From the NCBI RefSeq assembly GCF_018350175.1, contig NC_058368.1, positions 102,116,001-102,180,000 of the forward strand: a DNA stretch of 64,000 nucleotides, read 5' to 3'. A program made the position numbers and the translations under genes. How positions within the stretch are numbered: the stretch's first letter is position 1; each line of letters opens with the position of its first letter. The stretch comes from Felis catus (lineage: Eukaryota). A model generated the notes under the pieces. It saw only the letters and a list, made by a program, of their open reading frames with translations, did not search any database and was not told the DNA's origin. This document shows, in pieces, positions 12,039 through 24,451 of the stretch.

Positions 12039-13084
12039 AAAATTCCCATGTCCCAAGAAATCTCTCAGTTCTGGGTCAACCAAGGTCACTGGCCCCTACT
12101 TGTATCTTAGATTGAATGATTACCAATATCTCACCTGAGCTAGTCATAGGCATATAAGGGGTTCCCCATAGAAATTTCTGTGTTTTTAGAGTAAAGGAGA
12201 TGCGTCCCCAACAGCCCCCATCTTGCCATATTCCTCCATATTTCTCCGTATTTCCAAACAATCTCTGAGTCCTTCTGTTGGGGAAGAATAGGTGGGAAAG
12301 GAAGATATCACTGGTCTCAGCTCACAACCCCTGAATGTGTCACGGGCTCTAGAGATGCAGGGTAGACAGTGTTGGTGGTTGTTGGCGGATGAGAAGGTGC
12401 CACAGGAGCTAAAGCGGGTTCTAGAAGAGTTCTGTGGCACTTAGCTCAAACTCTATGAACAGAACACGGAAGAAAATGCTCAGAATCAATTTCCTTCCCC
12501 TCTGCCCTTCAGTTACTGTCTGCTTTGTTTTGTGATAAGGGATGTTATTTTTTTTTTTTATTTAATCCAAACTTTAAATCTGGAAAAGATGAAAAAATGT
12601 ATTACTTAAAAGTAGACCCCAGAACCAAAGACTGAGCTGCAGCCCTACCCTTTTCCCTGCCTTGTCAATAACCAAAAATAGCACAGAAGCACAGATACTT
12701 CTTGCAAAAGTGTCATGTAAGCAGAGGAGAACCAGACAGAGGGCTTATTGTTCAGAGTCTATGATGCAGAGACTAGCCACACCCAGATTAACAAATTTCA
12801 TCTACTTAATTCCATGGTGGACACAGAAGAACAGCTTTACTCTAAAATATTTGTTCAAACGGAAATTCACCTGGGTTATGACCATGGAAATTGACAGGCA
12901 AATTAAGTGTCAGTAAAGGAAATGTTAGCTTCCACAAATGAATGACATTTCCACCAAGCAATACGTGCATCAATCACAAATTGTTCTTATCCATTTGTTA
13001 ATGCAAACTTTTCTCTGTGTCAGAAAGTCTATTCTCTAACTTTAGAAGTAACAAGAAGTAACAATACTACTCATATGTAACAGT

Positions 13085-13260
13085 TAGTGAGCAGTTATTG
13101 CCTGACAAGTAAGCAAGAGCTAAACACCCACTCACTGCATTTGTGCAACAAGCTTAATGAGGCAGAGGCTACCAGGTCTCTATTTTACAGATAAGGAAAC
13201 TGAGGCACAGCGTGGCAGAATACCATCTCCCAAGTCACATCACAACTAGGTTCATAGTCC
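13085..13260 (-). mobile_element. MIR
   Basis: tattttacagataaggaaactgaggcacag...cccaagtcacat. Confidence 0.7.
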
Positions 13261-13468
13261 ACACACGGGCTCTTTCTTTCTTTGATTAAATCAGTCTCTC
13301 AGTTTTATTCATGCAAATCTGCCCCTCCTCCCTCAAGGAGAGTTAATTAACAAGTTAAAGTGCCTTGAACTCTCTCTGGGAACAGGGAGCCTGGACTAAG
13401 AAGCAAAGATGAAGGGAGGGTGAGAAGCTGAAGAAATCCAAGGCAAACGCTGAAAGCAGGAAGGTGAA

Positions 13469-13526
13469 CCTTAAAGAGACAGGACAGAGTAATGGAGCCT
13501 TAAAGAGACAGGACAGAGTAATGGAG
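13469..13526. repeat. Perfect 29-bp tandem duplication
   Basis: ccttaaagagacaggacagagtaatggag twice, head to tail. Confidence 0.97.
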
Positions 13527-13734
13527 AAAGACAAGGGGAAGAGGGAAGAGAGAAGGAGAACGAAGAAAAGGAGGGCTGGCAGGGTCCAAGTGGAGAAAAC
13601 GTATACACAAGCAAGCGTTCCCAGAGCAGATGTCCCCACTATTCCATGCCTAGTAACTGATTCAAGTCTCAAATAAGGTCATGATTGAAGACTTTATAGT
13701 AAGATTTTTTTCCTTTAAAAAATTCATTGAAGGT

Positions 13735-13951
13735 GGGGGGGGGGGGTCCTGGGTGACTCAGTCAGCTGAGCAACCCAGTTCTCATTTCGGCTCAGGTCAT
13801 GATCCCAGAGTTGTGGGATCAAGCCCTGGATTGGGCTCTGGGCTGAACACGAGCCTGCTTGGGATTCTCTCTCCCTCTCTCCCTCTGCCCTACTGACTCA
13901 TGTATGCGCGCGCTCTCTCTCTCTCTCTCTCTCTCAAAAACAAAACAAAAA
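13735..13951 (+). mobile_element. CanSINE (older)
   Basis: SINE body, (CT)n, A tail; degenerate TSD aaaattcattgaaggt / aaaagtcattaaaggt. Confidence 0.92.
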
Positions 13952-14429
13952 AAAAGTCATTAAAGGTAAAAGGGGAGGGTGTATAATTTGCACCAGAAGA
14001 AAAAAATTTTCCTCTTCCACGATTTTGTCTGAGGCAGGTCAAGCTTCTCCCAGCAGAAGGCAAGCCTCAGGAAACAAGGAACGTCTACAAAGCACACAGC
14101 AACGCAGGGAGAGGCAGAAGGTATATTCCTGAGAAGATTCTACCAAAGTCATGGCTTTCCCAATAAATTTCAAGGAAATGTATTGGCATTACAGTTGTTA
14201 AGATAGCGATGAAAATAAACACCGTGGTTTTCAACTCTGGTGATATCTTAGAATCTCTCTGGGGAGCCTACCCGTCATCCTCCCACCTCCAGTCTAATTA
14301 TGGCAGAATTCTTAAAGGGAGCAGGAGGCAGAGTGTGGGGGAGGAGGGAGAGCTAATTGGACATTAGAATTTATCAACAATTCTCTAAGATAAGCCACTC
14401 CAAGAAATTCCAGGTTAAAGAAAGAGCAG

Positions 14430-15016
14430 CAAGTTATTTGTGGATATCAACGTACTGATCTAAAGTTAATAAGGAAAGGCAAACACCCAGAATAGGCAAT
14501 AAAATAGTGAAGGAAAAGATCAAAGTTGGAGGAATGACATTACCTGATTTTAAGACTTACTGTAAAGTTACAATAATCAAGATAGTTCCCTGGGAAAACC
14601 CAGAGAACCCGCAGGGAGACCCCTGTGAATACAGTTAACTGATCTTTGATAAAGGGGCAAAGGCAATATAATGGAGGAAAGATAATCATTTCAACAAATG
14701 ATGATGGGACAACTGGACATCCACATGTCAAAAAAAAAAAAAAAGGCTCTAGACACAAACCTTACACTCATCACAAAATTTAACTCAACATGGATCACAG
14801 ACCAAAAGGTCAAACGCAAAATTTTAAAATTCCTGGAACATAACATAGGAGAAAGCCAAGACGGTGTTGGGTGTAGAGAGTACTTTTTAGATAGGACACC
14901 AAAGACAATAATCGCTTAGCTGAATTTGATTCGAATTAAAAATTCCTGCTCTGAGCAAGGCATTGTCAAGAGAATAAGAACATCATCCACACAGTGGGAG
15001 AAAATACTGCAAAAAA
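14430..15016 (+). mobile_element. Old L1 (L1MA/MB-type) ORF2 3' fragment with deletions
   Basis: aaagttggaggaatgacattacctgattttaagacttactgtaaag; aactgatctttgataaaggggcaaagg; cacaaaatttaactcaacatggatcacagac. Confidence 0.88.
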
Positions 15017-15026
15017 AAGTAGCAGG

Positions 15027-15152
15027 GGGGTGCCTGGGTCACTCGGTCGTTTGAGTGTCCACCTTCGGCTCAGGTCATGATCTCTCAGTCTGTGAGTTCG
15101 AGCCCAGTGTCCGGCTCTGTGCTGACAGCTCAGAGCCTGGAGCCTGCTTTGG

Positions 15153-15192
<40 letters not shown>

Positions 15193-15259
15193 CCTCCCCA
15201 CTTGTACCTCTGTCTCTCTCTCTCTCAAACATAAATAACCATTAAAAAACATTTTTTTT
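15027..15259 (+). mobile_element. CanSINE
   Basis: Body plus (CT)n; TSD aagtagcagg at 15017-15026 and 15260-15269. Confidence 0.95.
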
Positions 15260-15428
15260 AAGTAGCAGGAATGAAAGAAGGATGGGAACATTTTGCAGTG
15301 AATTTCATTTCAAATAAAATGCACTCCACTCCTAAGGTTATCTACATGGTGGTGGAATCTGGGCAGGAAGGTGTGGAGACGGGGATGGATGGGGGCGGGG
15401 GCTCTTCTGTTGTTTGGAGATGGCAATA

Positions 15429-15667
15429 TTTTTTTTTTTTAAGCTTTATTTACTTTTGAGAGAGAGAGAGTGCGACAGAGAGAACACGAGTGGGGGAGGG
15501 GCAGAGAGCGAGAGGGAGGGAGATACAGAATCTGAAGCAGGCTCCAGGCTCTGAGCTGTGAGCACAGAGCCCGACCTGACCCGACCCGGGGCTTGAACTC
15601 ACGAGCCGCGAGATCACGACCTGAGCCAAAGTCGGATGCTTAACCAACTGAGCCACCCAGGCGCCCC
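15429..15667 (-). mobile_element. CanSINE
   Basis: Reverse body ending caggcgcccc; flanking repeat gatggcaa. Confidence 0.95.
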
Positions 15668-15977
15668 AAGGGGATGGCAACATTTCATAGTTGCCGTCAC
15701 TAGGTATTCTGGTTTCCTTCTCCGACGCTGAGTCCGAAGAGCCTCTCGATTCCTAACAGAACAGCACAGCGCATCCGGTCAATGGATGTAGCGTGGGCAT
15801 CTGAGTCACAGGTGCGGGCGTGGCTACAACTCCTTTGCTCTTCGTGTCGCTTTGGCTACTTTGGAGCTTGCTTGCAGTTTTCTGCAGGAAAGCTACTTAA
15901 GGGAACACTGCTCAAACTCCAGCACATTCCCCTCCTCACAGCCTCCCTGAAAAGCTCCTCAGCAGAAGCTCGGGTCC

Positions 15978-15981
<4 letters not shown>

Positions 15982-16008
<27 letters not shown>
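15982..16008. repeat. poly(A) tract
   Basis: About 27 A. Confidence 0.95.
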
Positions 16009-16013
<5 letters not shown>

Positions 16014-16800
16014 TCCGCCCCATCCACCCTGGTCACTTCCATTTCTCATACATCTGCTTTGGCGGGCGTGCCGCATGCAAGCGACGCCTCCGTGCAGTTG
16101 GCCCTCGTTTGCCCACTGCCATGGGCTACGGTGTGGAACAAAGTTCGCTTTCAAATTCAATCTCCCGCACAATGAAAAAGCAAGAAAGTCGTGAAAGGGA
16201 AAGCTGGCCACAGCCATTAATATGGATCTGACTGCCAGATTCTTCTGGTTTATCCATCAAATGTGAGGCAGAGGAATCTGCTCCCGCGAGCAGCTGTTGA
16301 AGCTCTGACCCCAGTTATGAGGTGCCGTCAATCAGAGGACCGGCTCCTATGACAGCCCAGAGAGAGTTCTGGTGCCAGCTGCAGACGGCCAGACACGCTA
16401 TTGAATAACGCCCTGAATGGCGCTGGACCCCTTTCTCTGATAACAGTAGCAGCCCCTGGAGCCTCTCAACAACATAGTGGAACCCCTCCGAAATTTATTT
16501 CAGACACCAAGTTTAGGATTAGAGGACCAGAGGAAATGGCAGGGTTTCCAGAGGGAAAGGACGCATTTGCTTCAAAAAACAAAAAGCCTTTTACAACCCG
16601 CACTGCCTTCCTTCACATCTCTGCTTCAAACCTAGGGGCCAGCTCGCGATTCTTTAAATACACCAGTGGGTCCTGCTGAATTATACATGCGGTTGGAATT
16701 GGAGAGGCCTGTGTCCTACAACTGGGTTTATTCCGACTTGCTGGGTTATCTTGGAGAAATCAGTAATTCCAACCCAAAATGGAATTGAGGTCTGGCCATG

Positions 16801-16816
16801 CGCGCGCGCGCGCGCG

Positions 16817-16859
<43 letters not shown>

Positions 16860-16866
16860 GCGCGCG
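16801..16866. repeat. Compound (CG)12(CA)n(CG)5 microsatellite
   Basis: Read directly from the sequence. Confidence 0.97.
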
Positions 16867-18225
16867 CCATGGGGCAAGGTTAAAGCTTCCCTGTAGGGAG
16901 GTGGAGTAAAGAAGACATAAAACTGTCCCATAATTTTATCGCGAGTAGTCCTAGAATGAACTTGGTAGAGATCCTTCAGAGTGGACCCAGAAAGGAGCCA
17001 GCACCATTTCTAGAAAATCAGGCAACGGTGCACTTTATTAGTTCAACAACTTGCTCCCTCAGTTTGAAATGCTACGTGCTGGATGTACTCGGAGCATGAC
17101 TGAGCCTTCTAGATACTGAAGAGTCCTAGTCTTCTATTTGTTTCCTACTGAAATTCTCTTTCCTTCCTGTCTGGGTAAGTGAGTCGTAAGAGAGCAGGAC
17201 AACGGTACCGCCTCTGATTTTGTGGACACGCATGATAGGTGCCAACGGGCCGCCTCTCTTCCAGGAATCCTACGTGATTGATCCTCTTTAAATAAACCTG
17301 GCTAGCGAACAAATAGCTTTCCTTTGCCAGCATTTTCTCAATATGGTCTCCAGACTCTTTATGGTTTAAAAAAAAAAAAAAATTACCAAATAAAATTCAT
17401 GAAAAGGCAACAAGAAACATATCTCGCAAAATTTCTGTACGGAATTCAAACATTGTTCTCGTGCCAGAAACACACAGCTGTGGGCCTGACGCGGCAGAAC
17501 CATCTGCTATACGCTCCACAGTGTCGCTGCTTCAAAGAGGGAGTGCTGGGTAGGTGCGTCCTTTGTTGGAAACACACGAACACCGTGGCTATGGGGCTTT
17601 CCTGTTTCTCCCCCCCCCCCCCCCCCGCTTCATTGCCGTCTGTCCATTTGGAAGGAGCTGTCACTAGAGTGCTTTATGTACAAGACGGTGCAGCCAATGT
17701 GGGCAAAATACAATTGCTTAAAGCAAACGGATATTTGTACCCTCGCGCCTTAGGATTCCTGATTTCAAGTGGGTATGGGATCATTATCCCTTCTCTGAAC
17801 AAGGGAATGCTCAGAACAGGAGTCTGAGCCCATTGTTGGGCTCTGTGCTGAGAGGGTGCCAACTTGGTGAATGCTTAAGGCATCCCTGACTCAGAGCAGG
17901 TGTCATGAATGTCATTTCTATACATTTGTTTCCTCTAGGAATGCAATTATCAGCGTAATACTATTTTATATTAACAGGTTTTAATTTTCTAGAGGAATCT
18001 CATCAATCTGTCTTATCACCAAGGCTTATTAATAACGCTAAGACAGACGCCCCAAGCGACAGGAAGAAGAGACTCCTTCCTTCAAATGCTGCTTGTAAGA
18101 TTTGGGCCCCAGGCTGCCTGGAGGATGCCTGCCTCTGTCACCTCAAGGAAGACATACAGGAAGCTTGAAGAGTGTCCTCAGATGCGGTGGACTCCCATGC
18201 CCCTCAGACCAAGTGGGTTGTTTTA

Positions 18226-18451
18226 TAAGAAATCTGTTTTTTTTAATTGTTTAATTTTTATATTTGGGGGGGGGGCAGAGCATGAGTAAGGGGTGGAGCA
18301 GAGAGAGAGAGAGGGAGACACAGAATACAAACAGGTTCCAGGCTCTGAGCTGTCAGCACAGAGCCCGATGCGGGGCTCGAACTCAAGAGCCATGAGATCA
18401 TGACCTGAGCTGAAGTTGAATGCTTGACTGACCGAGCCACCCAGGCGCCCG
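18226..18451 (-). mobile_element. CanSINE
   Basis: TSD ccaagtgggttgtttta at 18209-18225 and 18452-18468. Confidence 0.95.
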
Positions 18452-18494
18452 CCAAGTGGGTTGTTTTAGATAGAATGTTCTTTCTGTGTCTAAG

Positions 18495-18985
18495 GTAGGG
18501 AATCTCAGCTGGAGAAGTCTGGGAACCCCTTCTCATCATAATGTGCTTACGTGCATAAGACAAAATTCAGAAGAATACAAAGGAAATCATGTATATTCAA
18601 AAATACTTATCAAAATGTCTAAACACATTCAGTGACAGACATTTGTGATGTAATAATCCACGTGCTTAGTTACTAACTCATCAACTAACAGAACTGGGGC
18701 AGAGGGTCAAATACACATCGTCATTTTGAGGTAAGTGATCAGGATCAAGTTTTCTGCAGAAACTCTAACGTGATACAAAAGCATTCGTGAGTCTCACTGG
18801 TGACAAAGTCACAGGTGCCTATCGTCCTAGTTACTACTGAGGTCTTGCCTACACTCATAATTGAAAGAAACATCCCCTTTAGTTACAGATTAGTCAAAAT
18901 AAAGGATTTTTTTCCCCCATCCAAGTTCATGGGCCTCTGATTTCTAACCACAGATCATTTATGAGTCCTGGGTTCAGATCCCTAT
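18495..18985. mobile_element. MER119-like hAT-Charlie DNA transposon
   Basis: ctggtgacaaagtcacaggt, gcctacactcataattgaa, ttttcccccatccaagttcatgg recalled from MER119. Confidence 0.65.
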
Positions 18986-19194
18986 TTTTGTTCTGCTTTG
19001 CCTTTCAGACAACCAAAGCTCGGGACAAGGTGAAAGAGATCTTACTGTCTAGGTGGTAAGCAAACATGTTAGATGACTATGGAAGATAATGTGCTTTCGG
19101 ATTCGTGGATCTTGGGATTTTTTTTGGTCAAAGACAATCAGTATACTGCTGTTTAAACATCCCAGGGTTGGCCTTTTTAAAGTCGTTTGAGTTT

Positions 19195-19352
19195 GGGGCG
19201 CCTGGGTGGCTCAGCTGGTAGAGCATCCGACTCTTGATTTCGCCTGAGATCGCGAACCCAAGCTTCGTGAGTGTGAGCCCCACGTGAGGCTCCACGCTGA
19301 CAGTGCAGAGCCTACTTGGGATTCTCTCTCAAAATAAATAAACTTAAAAAAA
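19195..19352 (+). mobile_element. CanSINE (short CT region)
   Basis: Head ggggcgcctgggtggctcag; TSD aaagtcgtttgagttt / aaagtcacttgagttt. Confidence 0.93.
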
Positions 19353-20344
19353 AAAGTCACTTGAGTTTCTCTTCTCTACTGAAGAGAAACTTCAGTTTCT
19401 TATTCCATCTTCTTCTGCCCCCTGCCATTGTTCCTTCTAGAGGTAATGTCTACCTCTGTGTGTCCTTCCTTATTTCATGCGTCCTTGGATTTCTCTCCTG
19501 TCTGGCTTTTCCATCCTCCCTAACTGTCTTCAGATCCTTTATCACCAACAAATACAGTGATCTCCATTATTTGTCCAACAGTCGCATCATACTTCTCAGA
19601 TGGTGGTCTAAGAACTTCTCAAGACCCCCTGCTCCCTGTTCTCAACCACAATCCCCCCAGCGCTCCTGAATCGACAGCCATGAGAATTCACCTGAGAACC
19701 CCCAGCAAACATCATTAACCGCTTTCCGAACATATTCTCAGGGAGATTAAAAAGCCTGCTCTTTCCTCTTGAGAGCTCTGGCAAACTGTAAATTATCAGA
19801 ACCCTGCTCCCTTCTCATTAAATATAAGTGCTACATGCAGGAAGGGAATCAGGTACTAGGTGGGCAGTTGAATGAAATGACCTTGTGGGTCTTGCCTACC
19901 TTTGGAATTCTAAGATCCTTGGGGCAATTGCATCTGAGCAACTCAAAATTTCATACCCAGATCCTGTACATGCAAATTGATTCTGACTGATACCTTCCCA
20001 GACTTTACAATGACGTACGCAAGAGAGATTAGGGAAACAGTGACTATCCCTATTGTCGAGCGCATGAGTTTCATTTATAGTTGCTTGTCAGTGTCTTTTA
20101 TATTCCTGCTTTATTGTGCTATGGAGAGGTAGGGTTGAGGTTCATCCAAATGACTGTCTGGTGTCTAAAAATGCCTCAGTCACCAATAATACACTTTGTA
20201 AATGCTTTCTGATACTGCTGAAGAAGATGAAATTGCAAAGCTTCTCAATGAAAAACCAAGAGAAGACATCTTTTATCAAAATGAAGTTAGCTTTGCTTTC
20301 TCTTGCTACTAAATAGATTTTCTCACTCTGAGAAATTTTTAAAT

Positions 20345-20373
20345 CACATACACACACACACACACACACACAC
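20345..20373. repeat. (CA)n microsatellite
   Basis: Read directly from the sequence. Confidence 0.9.
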
Positions 20374-20389
20374 GAAAAAAAAAAAAGGT

Positions 20390-20810
20390 TTCCAGCTATA
20401 CTGGCATATGATTGACATACACCATTGTATACATTTAAGGTACAGAGTGTAACCTGTGATAGATGTGTATATTGCAAAATCATTACCACAGTAAGGTTAC
20501 TTAATGTATCTATCACCTCACCTAGTTACGACTGGGAAAAAAAAAATTTATTCACATAAAAATCTACCACCCAGAGATGACCAGAGTTAATTTATAAATA
20601 ACCCTCTAGACATCTGTCTACACATATAAATATATATGGATATAAAAAGCTATAATTTTACCTAAGTGGAATAATTTTATACATGTTATTGTGTCATGAG
20701 CATCTTTCCAGGTCAATAAATACAGTGCTACATCATCCTTTCTAGCAGGCTCCTGGGAGTCCATTGAATAAAGGTACTAGAATTTATTTAGCCAGTTCTT
20801 CTGTTATTAC
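20390..20810 (-). mobile_element. Old L1 3' UTR fragments (L1MA- and L1ME-like)
   Basis: tgtatacatttaaggtaca...tattgcaaaatcattaccacagtaaggtta...tcacctcacctagttac; ccattgaata...aatttatttagccagttc. Confidence 0.65.
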
Positions 20811-20829
20811 TCATAATACACTTTCCGAA

Positions 20830-21420
20830 AAACCCAAGCTCATAGATACAGGGAACAAACTGGTGGTTGTCAGGGGTGGGGGTGACGGAGGGAGGTGAAA
20901 TGGGTCCAGGGGATCAAAAGACGCAAAGTTCCAGTTATAGGATAAATGTCATAGAGGGGGGCCTGGGGGGCTCAATTGGTTGAGCATCTGACTCTTGATT
21001 TCAGCTCAGGTCATGACCCCTGGGTCATAGAACCGAGCCCCACGTCGGGCTCCAGGCTGAGCATGGAGACTGCTTGAGATTCATTCTCTCTCTCTCTCTC
21101 TCTCCCTCTGCCCCTTCCCTACACTCATATTTTCTCTCTCTCTCTCTCAGAAAAAAAAAAGAATAGATATCATGGGGATGTAATATACAGCATGACGACT
21201 ACAGTTAATAATACTCTACTGCATATTTGATAATTGCTCTAGAGAGTAGATCTTAAAAGCCTTCATCACGGGAGAAAACATTTTCTATAACTCCGTAGGG
21301 TGACAGATGTTAACTAGATTTATTGTGGTGGCCATCTGGCAACAGATACAAAGGTCAAATCGTGTGGTATACCTGAACCTGACATAATGTTAGTATGTCA
21401 ATGGTACCTCAATTAAAAAC
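20830..21420 (+). mobile_element. L1MA9/10-like 3' UTR, interrupted by a SINE
   Basis: aagctcatagatacagggaacaaactggtggttgtcagggg...agagtagatcttaaaag...tacctgaacctgacataatgt...cctcaattaaaa. Confidence 0.85.
20956..21160 (+). mobile_element. CanSINE nested in L1
   Basis: SINE head, body, (CT)n and A tail. Confidence 0.92.
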
Positions 21421-21647
21421 AATTTCCTCTCAGAAGCTCATTTACTACTTAGTGGTACCTGCGAGGCTACCTCGGCAGGCTCTGAGGTAATCCTGCCCTG
21501 CTTCACCCCAGACTATGTCAACATGAGCCTTGGAGTCACTCAATAAAAGAAGTAGAGAGTTACCAGGCCACACTCTCACACACCACAGTCCACATATTAA
21601 AGACCAAACCAAATGCGCACAGAGAGCTGAAAAGAATCACAAAGGCA

Positions 21648-21851
21648 GGAGCGCCTGGGAGGCTCAGTCGGTTGAACCTCCCTGACCCTTGCTTTCAGCT
21701 CAGGTCATGATCTCACAGTTCATGAGATCGAGCCCCGCCGTGGGCTCTTTGCTGACAGTGCGGTGCCTGCTTGGGTTCCTCTCTCCCTCCCCCTCTCTCT
21801 CTGCCCCTTCCCTGCTCTCTCTCTCTCAAAATTAAATAAACTTAAAAAAAA
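21648..21851 (+). mobile_element. CanSINE
   Basis: TSD aatcacaaaggca on both sides. Confidence 0.94.
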
Positions 21852-24425
21852 AATCACAAAGGCATTAATCAAAGATGAAGCTCCCCTTTTAGACTTACTA
21901 AAGTCAAGATACCTGTCCCCTTGTCCTTCCCCTGGGGGGAAGAGAACCTCTGACTGAACCAGCAGGCTGTGGGCTGGTAGCCCTGCTCAGTACCACAAGG
22001 AGACGGGAGACGGCCCTCAGGCACACATGGTCAGCGGCTCCCCGGCAGGTCTGGCACATGGGGAAGGACAGACCCTCGTCCCAGATGGCGCTTTCCATCC
22101 CTTCGCGTGGCCAAAGCAGGAAGGGGTGATGTGGGCATTGGCAAGAACGTCAAGTGGTTGGCTCCGACAACTAGAACAGTCTCAGAGTTGGAAGATTTAT
22201 CATCTTCACGTAATCGGTATCCCTTATATGGAAAAAGAAACTGGGACCACAGGTTGAGGAAACTAGGACACAGAGTCTCACAGAATGTGCCCCAGAAGAA
22301 GGCTAGATAAGAACACCTCAAGGCCGTGAGGAAAAGATCTAAAACTTGGAGAGAGTCTGACTGGATACACAGGTGGAGTGAGAGAAAAGAAGGAACAAAA
22401 ATTGCCGAGCTGACAGAGACCATTTCAGCCTTAGGAAAGCCTGAGGAGACACGTGGCTTTTGACACACCAAGAACAACACAATTCTACTCATATGCCTCT
22501 CTTTGAACTCTTGCTTCCGCTAAAAATGCTAAAAATTAATGAGTGCTCTGATGAAGGGAAAGACCAGCTTAGTGGGGAAGCTTCTGGAACCACTATGACT
22601 ATGGGTGTGTCCCTGGAGCGCCCACATAGACTGAGATAAGAATAATGACCCTATCTCATAAGACCACTGTGAAAGTTAGTTCACTTTTGAAAGGGTTAAA
22701 AAGACATAAAAATGCAAATTTTTCCCTACTCCCTTTATGACAAACTTTGAGACGAAACTTTCGTCCAGATAAGACCTGGGGGCAAATATGGCAGCCACCA
22801 CCACCTACGAGAAATAACTTGCTCCAGATCCCACACAGGTATGCACTTCAAAAAAAGGTCCACAAATCAGATACTCCCTTGAACATACCTATTCAAGCAG
22901 AGGTAAATATGGAGATTTCTTTGAGCTCTGTCACCTCCCGAGAAACGGGAGATGCTGATTTAAATTGTCAAGAAACCCCAAATCATAAGGGCCTGGGGTA
23001 TCATCTTTCCCTGACGGTGAACTCAACCAGACCGCCAGTAAGTCATGTCGAGTGAGGGTGTGGGGGGGAGGGAGGGGTGGCGGGCGGTATAAATTCAATT
23101 TTGCAGGGAGATAATGTTAGTTCTTAACAAGTGGACATGTTGGGGCGTGTCCCTTTAAATACCCACACGGACTAGAGAGGAATCTGATCTGTTTATTCCA
23201 CTCTACGCAGACCCTGGCATCCTGTCGCCAAAACTACCCTCGCCTCCCCCCTCCTGCCTTCCTGGCATTGTCTGCAGGTGCCTTCGCCCTGAAAATGAAG
23301 TCCTCTGCACGAGGCTGGGACTGGCTCCCTGTGTTTGGCAGTGACTGTGGCTTGGCCCATTTTGCACATGCATTTGGGAGATTTCCAAACAGATGCATAT
23401 GCATCTTCACTTTCTTGGCAGGAGGGCTGAGAATTAAAGAATTCTTGCGGGGAATTTACACCGCTCTGAAACCTTAACCCATCGTGGAAGCGACATAAAA
23501 GAGCGCCTATAAAAGACATGACCTTTTGCCTCCTTTTGGACTCTATTGCTTGGTCTCCCGCGTCTTTGTTGCCTTTCATGAAAGCTTTGACGACTTTCTT
23601 TGTGAATGGGTGATTTTCACTGTCCTGAGCTCTCTAGGGTCTATTTTCTTTCCGACAATGATTTCCATTTCATCTGAATCTATTGTCGTGGCCAAAGATG
23701 TGTTTCTTTATTCAGAAAGTCCCATCAGTAGGGATGGGAAAAAAAAAAATGTCTCTTGAAAGCCATTTGGGGGCAATTAAAAAAAGAAAAACGGGGGCAG
23801 ATACATTGGAGTAACCTATCATTTTATTATCTGGAGCTACATGCTAACGAGGGCAAAACCAGAAGTCCCAACAATAACTTGGGTGAACCTGAGGTGGATC
23901 GGTGGCCTGATTGGCAAATGCTCAACAATAACTCGCATTCCTCTGAGGCATTTAATCCCCAAATGATCAGAGAGAACAAAGGAAGCCCTGCAAATCAGGA
24001 AGATTTTATAATTTCATATCTGCCTGTATTTGTCTGGGCTAAATACAGCCAAGAGCTTTTTAATATTCTCCCCAAAGGATACTTTGAAAACTCACCAAAC
24101 AGGAATTACCCTGTAAAAAGGCAGAAATACAATGCTCTGCAAACAATATTTTCTCAGGCTGCGTAAACTGCAAATAAAACAAACACACAGCGAAAATTAA
24201 ACACTAGTTGAAAAGAGTATAAGAAAGTAACCCAGCCTCCTTTATTTGACATTGGGGATGATTTAAGTCCTGTTTTGCCCCAGCCTTCTTTGATACACAC
24301 AGGGAGGGAATGAAGGGTTATTATGATTATTATTATTTTTTTTTATGTCTGCCTAGATGTCCTGGGTCTTGTTTTAAATTTGCTCCGTGGGTTGTGATGT
24401 GAGCCGCACCCCGCTCCCCCTCTCC

Positions 24426-24451
24426 CCCCGCCCCGCCCCGCCCCGCCCCGC
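24426..24451. repeat. (CCCCG)5 repeat / GC-box array
   Basis: ccccg x5. Confidence 0.9.

Noticed and set aside
17324..17827. 167-aa ORF
   Set aside because: Non-ATG start, crosses homopolymer runs, no recognisable domain.
23756..24166. 136-aa ORF
   Set aside because: Non-ATG start and no recognisable protein; more plausibly noncoding.
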